Part shown: positions 1 through 9,337 of the stretch, piece after piece
Position numbering within the stretch: the stretch's first letter is position 1
Layout: every line of letters begins with the position of its first letter
NCBI GenBank assembly: GCA_963804645.1
Contig: CAWDRG010000017.1
Coordinates: forward strand, 448,001-512,000
Direction: 5' to 3'
Length of the DNA stretch: 64,000 nt
DNA from: an uncultured Bacillota bacterium
GTDB lineage: Bacteria > Sysuimicrobiota > Sysuimicrobiia > Sysuimicrobiales > Segetimicrobiaceae
The notes under the pieces: generated by a model
What the model was told of the DNA's origin: nothing
Database searches by the model: none
Seen by the model: only the letters and a program-made list of their open reading frames with translations
Position numbers and translations under genes: made by a program

Positions 1-1488
1 CAGGTCCACCGCGACACCGACCCGCTCCATGCGGGCGAGCACGTCGGCGAGCGGCAGCTCGACGTCGCGGTACAGCCGCTCCACCTCCCGGGCGCGCAGC
101 TGCTCCTCCATCACGTCCCGCAGCCGCACGATGAGATCGGCCTCCTCGGACGCCCGCTCCGCCCGCCCGGGGCCGAGCGCGAGCCGGTCCCCGGCCGCCG
201 CTTCCGGCGGACGCCACCCAAGATACTCCCACGCCGCGCTTTCCAGCGTGTGGGTCCGCTTCCCCGGATCGATCAGGTAGGAGGCCAACGCGACGTCGAA
301 CACGAACCCGCGCGGCCGGACGCCGGCCGCCTCCAGCCGATGCCGGTCCCGCTTGACGTCCTGGCTCAGCTTCGGCAGGTCCTCGCGCTCCAGCGCGGCG
401 ACCAGCGCCGGGGGCAGCGGGCCGGCCCCCTCGAGGTACCCGGCCTCGCCCGCGCGCACGGCGAGCGCGATCCCAGCCAATCGAGCGGCGCGCGCGCGAT
501 CGTCGTCCGCGACGGTCACGATTGCCAGCTGCGCCGCGTCCCGGAGAAACGGCGGCACGTCCTCGGCGGACAGCGTCCGGTAGTCACCGTGAATCTCCGC
601 GCGGGGCGCCGCGACGCCCAGCCGCTCGATCAGCGATTTGAACTCGAGCCGGGTGAACAGCGCGCGCAGCCGCGCCGCATCGAGCGGGCGGCGCCGCAGC
701 GCGTCCCACGAGACATCGAGCGGAACCTCCGTCTGAATCGTGGACAGGGCCTTGCTCTGGAGCACTTGATCGCGATGTTCCAGCAGGCGCTGGCGCAGGC
801 GCGCGTCCCGCAGGCCCTCGAGCCCCTCCAGGACCTGCTCCGCGGTTGCCCCGTCGGCGAGCAGCCGCGCGGCGGTTTTGTCGCCCACGCCCGGGACCCC
901 CGGAATGTTATCCGTGGCGTCTCCCTTGAGGCTCTTCAGATCCGGCACCTGGCGCGGCGTGACGCCGAGTTTCGCCCGCACGGCGTCCTCGTCGTACGCG
1001 ACCGTTTCGCTGATGCCGCGGCTGGTCACCATCACGCGCACGCGCGGGGAGACGAGCTGCAACGCGTCGAGGTCTCCCGTGACGATGACGACGTTGAGCC
1101 CGCGCGCTTCCGCGAGCCGGGCGAGCGTCCCGATGACGTCGTCGGCCTCGAAGCCCGCGACCTCGAAGATCGGGAGGTCGAACGCCTCCACGACCTCCTT
1201 CGCCAGCCCGATCTGCGGGCGCAGGTCGTCCGGCATCTTCGGCCGGGTCGCTTTGTACGCCGCGAACGCCTCATGGCGAAACGTCGGCCCGGGCTTGTCG
1301 AACGCCGCCGCCGCGTACTGGGGCGCCACGTCCTCCAAGACCTTCAGGAGCATCGTGGTAAAGCCATAGACGGCGTTGGTGGGCTGGCCGTCCTTGGTCG
1401 TAAAGTACGGCAGCGCGTAGAACGCGCGGTAGACGAGCCCGTTGGCGTCGAGCAGGAGCAGCGTTTCGGGGGTCGCGGTCTCCGCCAT
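1..1488 (-). CDS. polA: DNA polymerase I (5' part; runs off window start)
   Basis: Read manually from ATG at 1488: MAETATPETLLLLDANGLVYRAFYALP...TNAVYGF...FEADDVIGTL...GDATDNIPGVPGVGDKTA (5'-3' exonuclease), in frame to ...MERVGVAVDL at position 1. Confidence 0.95.
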   Translation of the reverse strand, partial: MAETATPETLLLLDANGLVYRAFYALPYFTTKDGQPTNAVYGFTTMLLKVLEDVAPQYAAAAFDKPGPTFRHEAFAAYKATRPKMPDDLRPQIGLAKEVVEAFDLPIFEVAGFEADDVIGTLARLAEARGLNVVIVTGDLDALQLVSPRVRVMVTSRGISETVAYDEDAVRAKLGVTPRQVPDLKSLKGDATDNIPGVPGVGDKTAARLLADGATAEQVLEGLEGLRDARLRQRLLEHRDQVLQSKALSTIQTEVPLDVSWDALRRRPLDAARLRALFTRLEFKSLIERLGVAAPRAEIHGDYRTLSAEDVPPFLRDAAQLAIVTVADDDRARAARLAGIALAVRAGEAGYLEGAGPLPPALVAALEREDLPKLSQDVKRDRHRLEAAGVRPRGFVFDVALASYLIDPGKRTHTLESAAWEYLGWRPPEAAAGDRLALGPGRAERASEEADLIVRLRDVMEEQLRAREVERLYRDVELPLADVLARMERVGVAVDL

Positions 1489-1542
1489 GCTGAACACCTT
1501 CCGCGCCCGGAGAGGCGTTCCTCCGGCGCGGGCGGCGCGCGC

Positions 1543-1571
1543 TTGAGCGCACCTGAGGAAGATGATACCAT
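1543..1571 (+). promoter_or_regulatory. sigma70-type promoter of tRNA-Leu
   Basis: TTGAGC-17 nt-TACCAT with extended -10 TG, about 20 nt upstream of the tRNA. Confidence 0.6.
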
Positions 1572-1590
1572 TAGGGTCGCCAACGACCGC

Positions 1591-1677
1591 GCCGGAGTGT
1601 CGGAACTGGCAGACGATCGCGACTCAAAATCGCGTGGGCTCACGCCCGTGGGGGTTCGAGTCCCTCCTCCGGCACCA
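1591..1677 (+). tRNA. tRNA-Leu(CAA)
   Basis: Acceptor stem GCCGGAG/CTCCGGC plus ACCA, anticodon arm CGCGA-CTCAAAA-TCGCG, long variable arm, GGTTCGAGTCC T-arm. Confidence 0.97.
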
Positions 1678-1683
1678 GACACC

Positions 1684-1703
1684 CCGCCGGCGCGCCCCGG
1701 CGG
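1684..1703. terminator. GC-rich hairpin between convergent tRNA-Leu and adk
   Basis: CCGCCGG-cgcgcc-CCGGCGG; no clear U-tract. Confidence 0.4.
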
Positions 1704-2414
1704 TTAGATCGCGGGAGCGGGACGGATCCCGATCGGCCGGACGCGTGCGCGGGAGTGCTGCCGCTGCTCCGGCGCCTCGATAAACCCGCAAATCTCCTCG
1801 TAGATCTGCTGAATCGGACGTTCCGCGTTCGCTTGAAGCAGGCGGCGGTCCGCGCGGTAGTACTCGACCATGGGGCCCGTGAGCTCCCGGAACACGCCGA
1901 TGCGGTGGCGAATGGTGTCGGCATCGTCGTCTTTGCGCTGCGCCAGGGGCGCGCCGTCCACATCGCAGCGGCCGCCGGCGCGCGGGGGCTGGTACTCCAG
2001 GTGGTAGGTCATCCCGCATCGCGAGCAGACGCGGCGCCCGGCAAGCCGCGTCAGCAGGACGTCATCCCGGATCGTGAACAGCACCGCCGCGTCGAGGCGC
2101 CGGCCCGCGCTCGCGAGCGAGGCGTCCAGTACCCGTGCCTGCTCGAGCGTCCGGGGGTATCCGTCCAAGATAAATCCGTCGCCGCAGTCTGGCTCGGCCA
2201 GGCGCGCGCGAACGATCTCGTCGACCAGGGCGTCGGGCACGAGGTCGCCCCGGCGCATGTATTCGGACGCGCGCTCGCCGAGCCCGGTCGCGTCGCGGAC
2301 GGCCTCGCGGAGCATGTCGCCTGTACAGATGTGCGGCAACCCGTGTCGAGCATGAAACAGCCCGGCCTGCGTACCCTTCCCGGCTCCCGGCGGCCCCGCA
2401 AACACGAAGTTCAC
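1704..2414 (-). CDS. adk: adenylate kinase
   Basis: GPPGAGKGTQA P-loop, TGDMLR, GFILDGYPRT, Zn-lid CSRC...CDVD; GTG start after GGGGAGG RBS. Confidence 0.95.
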   Translation of the reverse strand: MNFVFAGPPGAGKGTQAGLFHARHGLPHICTGDMLREAVRDATGLGERASEYMRRGDLVPDALVDEIVRARLAEPDCGDGFILDGYPRTLEQARVLDASLASAGRRLDAAVLFTIRDDVLLTRLAGRRVCSRCGMTYHLEYQPPRAGGRCDVDGAPLAQRKDDDADTIRHRIGVFRELTGPMVEYYRADRRLLQANAERPIQQIYEEICGFIEAPEQRQHSRARVRPIGIRPAPAI

Positions 2415-2594
2415 GTCACGACCTCCCCGAACGTGGCGTTGCGCGTGCCTGCGATCGTGAAGGGAGCGAGGAGAGTGCGAATCCACGATCTTCACACCGC
2501 ATTAACGTATACCCAGTTGGGGGGCGTTTCGTAACGAATGTCACGCACGCGACCGCACGGCATCGGCGCCGCGTCCGACCGTCTCCCGGCCGTG

Positions 2595-3752
2595 CTACCT
2601 GACGAAAAGCTCTCGAGGAAATTCGGTCAGCGGCTCGCATCCCCCGGGGGTCACGAGGACGGTTTCGCTCACGCCGACGCAGCCGACCCCGTAGTCGCGG
2701 AGGGCGGGAGGCATGTGAAAGACCATGCCCGGCTCCAGGCTGGTCGCGTCCCCCTTCCGGAGGCTGATGATGTGCCCCTCGTTCCAACCGGGCGGAAAGG
2801 CAAATCCCGCGGAATAGCCAGTGCGCTTTCGGAACGACTCGTACACGCCCGCCTCGACCATCACGGTCTGACACGCGCGGTCGACATCTTCGGCGGCCGC
2901 CCCGGGCCGCATCGAGGCGATCGCACGTTCGAGTCCTTCTCGGCACAGGCCGAACATGCGGCGCGTGTCGGCAGTGGGCTCGCCCAGGCTGACCGCGCGC
3001 ATCAGCGGCGCGATGTACCGGCCGCAGCACGCCGTCATCTCGAGCAGCACGGTGTCGTGCGGCTCAAGACGCCGCCGCTCGAACGTGGTATGCGGAACGC
3101 CGGCGCGGTAGCCGGACGTCACGATCGGATCGATCGGAAAGTACTCGGATCCGGCCCGGACCATCGCCGCCATCGCCGCGGCCGCGACGTCGTTCTCGGT
3201 GGCGCCGACGGCGCAGGCGTCGATCGCCGCGCGCATGCCGAGGGCGGTCCACGCGGCCGCCTGCCGCATGCGCGCCACCTCGCGGTCGGATTTCACCCGG
3301 CGCAGCCGCTCGACCGCGCCCGAGCCATCCGCGAGGTCGAAGCCTGCGAGCAGCTGACCGAGGCGGCGGCGGTTCGCCGCGTGCATCGCGGGCGCCGTCT
3401 CCTCGAGGGCGACGCCGCGCCGGTTCGCCGCACGGCGCGTCACTTCGTCGGCCAGCCGCTCCAGGGGATCCTCGTGATCGTCGTAGGTGACCACTTCGGT
3501 CCCCGCGGCGTAGAGCGCGGCGAGGTACGACTCCAGATACCGGACGAACAAGGTGGGCGACCCGCGGCGCGGGACGAGCAGCACCTGGAACGTCCGGCCG
3601 GCATACGTCTGATACCCGGTCAGGTAGAACACGCTCTCTTGCGCGAAGGCGAGAAACAGGTCCACCCCTCGACGCTCCAGCTCGGCCTGCAGCCGAGCGA
3701 GGCGGCCGGCGAACTCCTCCGGCGGAAACACGGGCGTGTGTGGAATCTGCAT
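2595..3752 (-). CDS. M24 (pita-bread) hydrolase, ectoine hydrolase EutD/creatinase-like
   Basis: Creatinase_N (YLTGY) plus M24 domain; RTGYSAG..FPPGWNEG..SLRKGD..LEPGMVFHMPP; metal-ligand positions replaced. Confidence 0.8.
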   Translation of the reverse strand: MQIPHTPVFPPEEFAGRLARLQAELERRGVDLFLAFAQESVFYLTGYQTYAGRTFQVLLVPRRGSPTLFVRYLESYLAALYAAGTEVVTYDDHEDPLERLADEVTRRAANRRGVALEETAPAMHAANRRRLGQLLAGFDLADGSGAVERLRRVKSDREVARMRQAAAWTALGMRAAIDACAVGATENDVAAAAMAAMVRAGSEYFPIDPIVTSGYRAGVPHTTFERRRLEPHDTVLLEMTACCGRYIAPLMRAVSLGEPTADTRRMFGLCREGLERAIASMRPGAAAEDVDRACQTVMVEAGVYESFRKRTGYSAGFAFPPGWNEGHIISLRKGDATSLEPGMVFHMPPALRDYGVGCVGVSETVLVTPGGCEPLTEFPRELFVR

Positions 3753-3795
3753 GCGTGCGTCGCTCCCTTCCGGCTCGCGGCCGATCTCGACCGCG

Positions 3796-4650
3796 CTACT
3801 CCCGGGCCCCGGCGAGCGCGCCGCGCGGCCGCCACCGGAGCAGCCGCCGCTCCACCACGCCGAGGACGATGTCCATGACGACCACGATCAGCAGGAGCGC
3901 CACGATCGCCGCCATCGTCACGCTCACGTTGAGTTCGTTGGCGGCCTCGTTCACGAGATATCCGAGCCCGAGGTTCGCGGCGATGAACTCCCCGGTCACG
4001 GCCCCGACGAGCGCCTCCGGCACGGCGATCCGGAGCCCGGTCATCAGGTACGGCACGGTGCTCGGCAGCGCGATCTTCCAGACCACATCCGCCCGGCGAG
4101 CGCCCATCACGCGGACCACGTGGACGAGCTGCGGGCTCACCTGGTACAGCCCCGCCGCCATGTTCATGAAGACCACAAAGAACACGAACAGCGCCGCGAG
4201 CACGACCTTCGGCGCCAGCCCCAGGCCGAACCACATCACGAACAGCGGCGCGAGCGCGATCTTTGGGACCGAGTAGACCGCGATCAGAAACGGCCTGAGG
4301 ACGCGCTGGAGGGTCTCTTCAAACGCGACGACGAGCGCCACCGCGACGCCGAACACCGCCCCGATCGCGTAGCCGCTCAGGACCTCCGTGACGGTCTGCA
4401 CGAGGTTCGGCCACAGGCGGCCGGACACCACGAGCCCCCAGAACGCGCGCGCCACGCCGCCCGGATCACCGACGTACTGCCGCTCGCCGAACCGCCCGGC
4501 AGCCACCGCCCACCCGCCGAGCGCGAGGACCAGCACGAGGGCCCGGCCCACCGCAACCGCGGCACCCCACGCCACCTCGTGCCGCCGCGCCCGGCGCCAC
4601 ACCTCAAGGTGCAGGCGCTGCTCGCGCGACACCGGCGCCGGCCCGCTCAC
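3796..4650 (-). CDS. NitT/TauT-family ABC transporter permease
   Basis: YSVPKIALAPLFVMWFGLG, ALVGAVTGEFIAANLGLGYL. Confidence 0.9.
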   Translation of the reverse strand: MSGPAPVSREQRLHLEVWRRARRHEVAWGAAVAVGRALVLVLALGGWAVAAGRFGERQYVGDPGGVARAFWGLVVSGRLWPNLVQTVTEVLSGYAIGAVFGVAVALVVAFEETLQRVLRPFLIAVYSVPKIALAPLFVMWFGLGLAPKVVLAALFVFFVVFMNMAAGLYQVSPQLVHVVRVMGARRADVVWKIALPSTVPYLMTGLRIAVPEALVGAVTGEFIAANLGLGYLVNEAANELNVSVTMAAIVALLLIVVVMDIVLGVVERRLLRWRPRGALAGARE

Positions 4651-4663
4651 GCGGCGGAGCCCG

Positions 4664-6382
4664 TCACTCGACGTGCTCCGCGGCGGACGCCGCCCGCACC
4701 GGCGGCGCGGAGAGCCGACGTTCCTCGTCGGGATCGCGCTCGATCGACCGCATCGAGACGCGGCCCCGCTCGTACAGCACCGTCCGGACCCACGCGGGAT
4801 CCTGCGCAGGGAAATCGTCCCGGTAGTGTGCCGCCCGGCTTTCGGTTCGCGCGAGCGCGCTCGCCGCGATGGCCGCGCCGACCTCGCACAGATCCGCGAG
4901 CTCGATCGCGGCGACCAGATCGCCGACCGTCTCCTGGGGCAGCGCGGCGGCCTCCGCCCGGATCTCGGCGAGGTCCCGCTGCGCGACGCGAAGGCCCTCG
5001 GCGGTCCGCACGATGCCGATGCCGAGCCACATGCGGTCCCGCAGGCGCGCCAGCAGGGCGTCCATCGCGGGCGACGCGTCGGTCGCCTCGCCGCGGACGG
5101 CCGCGATCCGGCGCGCCCACCGGTCGGCGGCGCGCTCGTCGATCCGCCCCGCGGGGCGCCCGCGCTCGCCGGCGGCCGCGATGCCGGCCCGATGCCCCAT
5201 CACCTGCGTCTCGGGCACCGCGTTGCTGTTGAGGCGGTTGCCGCCGTGGGTCCCGCCGGCGTTCTCGCCGGCCGCGTACAGGCCCGGCGTCGCGCTCAGG
5301 CCCGCATCGTCGGTGAGCACCCCGCCCATGAAAAAGTGCGCCTCCGGCGCAATCACGAGCGGGATTTCCCGGTAGTTGATGCCGCGCGGCTCGAGCCGTT
5401 CGATCACTTTCGTGTTCTCGAGGCGGAACTGCTCGTCGGAGACCTGGGAGACGTCGAGCAGCACCCCACCGTCCACGCTCAGGCCGGCGCGGATCTGGTC
5501 GAAGATGCCGCGCGCCGACACATCGCGGGTGGCGGTCTCTTTCTTGACCGGATCGTACGCCTCCATAAACCGCTCGCCGCGGCTGTTGTAGAGACGGGCG
5601 CCCGACACGAACGTCGACGGCTGGATCGGGACGCGGCTGTTCCGGAACGGCCGGATGAGGCGCCAGGGGTAGAACTGGATGAACTCCATGTCGCGCAGCG
5701 GCGCGCCGGCCCGGACGGCGAGCGCGTAGCCGCCGCCGGTCACGTCCACGGGGTTGCTCGTCACGCTGAACAAGCGGCCCGCGCCGCCCGCGGCGAGGAC
5801 GACGGCCCGCGCGCGGATCAGGCACCCCCCGATGCGGTCCCGCCGCACGCCGATCGCCCCAACCACGCGGCCGTCGTCGAGCAGCAGCTCGACGATCAGG
5901 GTGTTCTCGAGCGGGTGCACCCCGGAGGCGAGCGCGGCCTCGCGCAGCGGCAGGGTCATGTCGGTGCCGCGATAGTGAATCGGCGCGAGCACGCGCGGGT
6001 GCCGGTGATCCCCGCTCGGGGACAGATAGTACTGGCCGTCGCGCACCCGGAACTGGGCCCCGAGCGCCATCAACTCTTTGAGCCGCGCGGGCGCCTCGTC
6101 GGCGAGCGCCCGCACGAGCGGCCGCTCGTTCACCCACCCGCCGCCGGCGATGGTGTCGGCGTAGTGCTGCGCGGCATCGTCTTCGGGGTCGAACTCCGCG
6201 GACGCCGCCGCGTAGCCCCCGGTGGTGTTGGCGGACGAGCCGCTCTGGCCGAGCTTGCGCTTCACCGCGATAATCACGTCCGCGCCTGCCTGCCGCGCGC
6301 TGAGGGCGGCCCGGAGCGCGGCGAGCCCGCCGCCGACGATGAGGACGTCGGTCTCGAACGTCTCGAACGTCTCGAACGTCAC
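4664..6382 (-). CDS. FAD-dependent oxidoreductase, NadB/SdhA/FrdA flavoprotein family
   Basis: DVLIVGGGLA, DMEFIQFYP, AHFFMGG, GLYAAGE, HGGNRL, RTESRAAHYR. Confidence 0.85.
   Translation of the reverse strand: MTFETFETFETDVLIVGGGLAALRAALSARQAGADVIIAVKRKLGQSGSSANTTGGYAAASAEFDPEDDAAQHYADTIAGGGWVNERPLVRALADEAPARLKELMALGAQFRVRDGQYYLSPSGDHRHPRVLAPIHYRGTDMTLPLREAALASGVHPLENTLIVELLLDDGRVVGAIGVRRDRIGGCLIRARAVVLAAGGAGRLFSVTSNPVDVTGGGYALAVRAGAPLRDMEFIQFYPWRLIRPFRNSRVPIQPSTFVSGARLYNSRGERFMEAYDPVKKETATRDVSARGIFDQIRAGLSVDGGVLLDVSQVSDEQFRLENTKVIERLEPRGINYREIPLVIAPEAHFFMGGVLTDDAGLSATPGLYAAGENAGGTHGGNRLNSNAVPETQVMGHRAGIAAAGERGRPAGRIDERAADRWARRIAAVRGEATDASPAMDALLARLRDRMWLGIGIVRTAEGLRVAQRDLAEIRAEAAALPQETVGDLVAAIELADLCEVGAAIAASALARTESRAAHYRDDFPAQDPAWVRTVLYERGRVSMRSIERDPDEERRLSAPPVRAASAAEHVE
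6351..6380. repeat. 9-bp tandem repeat (GTCTCGAAC x3.3) encoding TFE-TFE-TFE-T
   Basis: Exact copies at 6351, 6360 and 6369. Confidence 0.9.
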
Positions 6383-6407
6383 GGGCGCGGCGCCCGCTCG
6401 ACCGGCG

Positions 6408-7568
6408 TCACGGACGCTCGCCCACCACGTGCAGCACCCGCGGGAACTGCGTCAGGACGTCGCATCCCCCCTCCGTCACGAGCACCGTCTCGCTCCAGCC
6501 CAATCCGTAGCGGCGCGGCACGCGCAGCGCGGGCGGCATGTGAAACACCATCCCGGGGACGAGCGGCGTCGGGTCGTCGCGCCGCAGGCTGACGATGTGC
6601 CCTTCCCCCCAGTCCGGCGCGTAGCCGACCCCCACCGAATACCCGGTGCGCTTCCGGAAGTACGGCTCGTAGCCCGCGTCCTCGAGGACCGTCCGGCACG
6701 CCGCGTCGACGTCTCCGCTCGTCGCTCCGGGCCGGATCGCCGCGATCGCCGCGTCGAGCGACGCGATGATCGTCGCGGCCATCGCGTGCACCTCGCCGCG
6801 GACGGGCGCGATCGCGGCGCTGCGCATCAGCGGGCCGAAGTAGCGGCGCAGGCAGCCGCCCAGCTCGACGAGCACCGTATCCCCTGCCTCGAGCCGTCGG
6901 TGTCCGAACGTCAAATGGGCGACACCGGAGCGCCACCCCGACGTGACGATCGGGTCGCCCGCGAAGAAGTCGGACCCGGCGCCCAGCATCGCGCCGTAGG
7001 CCGCCGCGGCGACATCGTCCTCGGTCACCCCGGCCCGAATCGCGCCGAGGGCCGCGGCCATGCCCGCCTCGGTGACGCGGCACGCGCGCCGGATCAGCGC
7101 CACCTCGGACGCCGACTTGATCCGCCGCCCCGCCTCGACCATGCCGGACGCGTCGACGACGGCGCCGAGCCCGGCCCGCAGCCGGTCGACCGCCCCCGCG
7201 GCGACGAACCCGCCTTCCAGCTCGATGCCGACCGGGGCCCCGAGCCACCCGCGCCGGCGGAGCAGGCCGGTGAGCCGCTCGCCGGGGTCCTCCGCGTCGC
7301 CGAACGTCTCGAACTGATCGATCCAGCACGTCGTCTCGGCGACCGTGCGCTCCATCTCCCGGATCAACAGGACGACGGCGTCGGGACGCACGACCAAGGT
7401 CTGGAAGCTGCTGAACCCGATCGTCTCGTACCCGGTCAGGTAGCAGACGTTCTCGGGCGCGAACACCAGCAGGGTCTCGATCGCGCGGCGCGCCATGCGC
7501 GAGCGCAGCGCGTCCAATCTGGTCTGGTACTCGCCGACCGTGAAGGCCGGCACCCACTCACTCGTCAT
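6408..7568 (-). CDS. second EutD/creatinase-like M24 hydrolase
   Basis: YLTGY, ELGGCLRRYFGPLMR, RTGYSVG.GYAPDWGEG, LVPGMVFHMPP; clear paralog of 2595-3752. Confidence 0.8.
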   Translation of the reverse strand: MTSEWVPAFTVGEYQTRLDALRSRMARRAIETLLVFAPENVCYLTGYETIGFSSFQTLVVRPDAVVLLIREMERTVAETTCWIDQFETFGDAEDPGERLTGLLRRRGWLGAPVGIELEGGFVAAGAVDRLRAGLGAVVDASGMVEAGRRIKSASEVALIRRACRVTEAGMAAALGAIRAGVTEDDVAAAAYGAMLGAGSDFFAGDPIVTSGWRSGVAHLTFGHRRLEAGDTVLVELGGCLRRYFGPLMRSAAIAPVRGEVHAMAATIIASLDAAIAAIRPGATSGDVDAACRTVLEDAGYEPYFRKRTGYSVGVGYAPDWGEGHIVSLRRDDPTPLVPGMVFHMPPALRVPRRYGLGWSETVLVTEGGCDVLTQFPRVLHVVGERP

Positions 7569-7590
7569 CGACGCCTCCTGGCGGAACGGC

Positions 7591-8466
7591 TCACCCGAGC
7601 GGGCTGCGCTCGCGGGGCGTCCAGCGCACCCACGCCCGCTCGACCGCCGACACCCCCGCGTTCATCAGGGTCACCACGATCAGCAGCCCGAAGATCGCGG
7701 CGAACACGTCGGCCGTCCGGTAGCGCGAACTCGCCGCGCTGATGAGGTAGCCGACACCGCGGTTGCTGCTGATGAACTCGCCGACGACGGCGCCGATCAG
7801 CGCGGCCGGCACGGTGATCCGGAGCGCGACGACGATGAACGGCGTCGCGCTCGGCAGCACGACCTTCCGAAAGACCGCGACCGGGCCGGCGCCCATCACC
7901 CGCACGACCTGGACCAGCCCGGGCGGCGCGGTCGCGAGGCCCGCGAGCGTGTTGAAGAACACGATGAAAAACACGAACACCGCGGCGAGCAGGATCTTCG
8001 GCAGGAGGCCGATGCCGAACCACAGGATCATGAGCGGCGCGAGCGCGATCTTGGGCGTCGCGTACGCGAGCAGGAGCAGCGGGCGCAGGACCGGCTCGCC
8101 ACCCGGGATCAGCCACGTGACGACCGCGGCCAGCAGGCCCGTGGACGCGCCCAGCGCGTATCCCGCCAGGGTCTCGGTGAGCGTGTACCGCAGATTGAAC
8201 CACAGGGTGCCGTCCCGGGCGATGCGGCCAAACGCCGAGGCGACGCTGACGGGATCGCTCAAAAACAGGTGGTCGACGAGCCGCCCCGAGGCGCCCCACC
8301 ACGCGGCGAGCAGCGCCGCGAGCAGCAGCACCTGCCAGGTCGCGACCGCGGCCGTCAGCCTCCGGTCCCGCCGGACGGCGTCGGCCGCCTCGCGCGCGAG
8401 AATCGCCTGTTCGCGCGGGTCGGCGCGGTCCGGGGCCGCGGGGCCCAGCGCCCGGCCGTTACTCAC
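7591..8466 (-). CDS. NitT/TauT-family ABC transporter permease
   Basis: YATPKIALAPLMILWFGIG, ALIGAVVGEFISSNRGVGYL; GTG start overlapping the ATPase gene end. Confidence 0.9.
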   Translation of the reverse strand: MSNGRALGPAAPDRADPREQAILAREAADAVRRDRRLTAAVATWQVLLLAALLAAWWGASGRLVDHLFLSDPVSVASAFGRIARDGTLWFNLRYTLTETLAGYALGASTGLLAAVVTWLIPGGEPVLRPLLLLAYATPKIALAPLMILWFGIGLLPKILLAAVFVFFIVFFNTLAGLATAPPGLVQVVRVMGAGPVAVFRKVVLPSATPFIVVALRITVPAALIGAVVGEFISSNRGVGYLISAASSRYRTADVFAAIFGLLIVVTLMNAGVSAVERAWVRWTPRERSPLG

Positions 8467-9337
8467 CGTCCGCCTCCCGCCCGCTGGCGATCTCGGCGCG
8501 CAGATCCGCCCAGATGGCGTCGTAGACCGGGGCAAACCCCGGGGCTTCGTGGATGTGAAAGACGTCCCGCGGCCGGGGAATCGCGACCTCGCGGACCTCC
8601 TTGATCGTCCCCGGGGCGCGCGTGAAGATGCCGATGCGGTCCGACAGCGCGATCGCCTCGACCAGATCGTGCGTCACGAAGACGACTGTGCGCCCGCTGC
8701 CCTGCCACAACCGCAGCAGCTCGTCCTGCAGCACGAGGCGCGTCTGTGCATCGAGCGGCCCGAACGGCTCGTCCATCAGGATCACGTTGACGCTGTCGTC
8801 GACGAGCGTGCGGACGATCGACACCCGCTTGCGCATGCCCCCGGACAGCTCGTGGGGATAGTGGTGTTCGAAGCCCCGCAGGCCGACCCGGTCGAGATAG
8901 GCGAGCGCCCGCGCCGTCCGCTCGGCGCGCCCGACGCCCTTGAGCTCGAGCGCGATCTCGACGTTCCCGAGCGTCGTGCGCCACGGCAGCAGGTTGTCGT
9001 CCTGCGTGATGTACCCGCCGCGGGTGTTGACGCCGCGAATCGGCTGCCCGTCCTGCAGCACCGCCCCGTCCGTCGGCGCCGTCAGGCCCGCGAACATGTT
9101 CAGCACGGTCGACTTGCCGCACCCCGACGGCCCGATCAGCGTCAGGAACTCGCCCCGCCGCACGGTCAGGTTCACGGCGCGCACCGCCGTCATCGCCCGG
9201 CGGCTGCGTCGGGTGCGCGAGACGAACACCTTGTAGACGTCGCGGGCCTCCAGGGCGACCGGCCCATCCGCCGACACCGCGCGCGCCTGTGGTCCTACCG
9301 TCGCCGCCGAAGGCTCCTCAGCGGCGCGGAGCCCCAT
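8459..9337 (-). CDS. NitT/TauT-family ABC transporter ATP-binding protein
   Basis: GPSGCGKST, LSGGMRKR, ILMDEPF, FVTHD. Confidence 0.93.
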   Translation of the reverse strand: MGLRAAEEPSAATVGPQARAVSADGPVALEARDVYKVFVSRTRRSRRAMTAVRAVNLTVRRGEFLTLIGPSGCGKSTVLNMFAGLTAPTDGAVLQDGQPIRGVNTRGGYITQDDNLLPWRTTLGNVEIALELKGVGRAERTARALAYLDRVGLRGFEHHYPHELSGGMRKRVSIVRTLVDDSVNVILMDEPFGPLDAQTRLVLQDELLRLWQGSGRTVVFVTHDLVEAIALSDRIGIFTRAPGTIKEVREVAIPRPRDVFHIHEAPGFAPVYDAIWADLRAEIASGREADGE

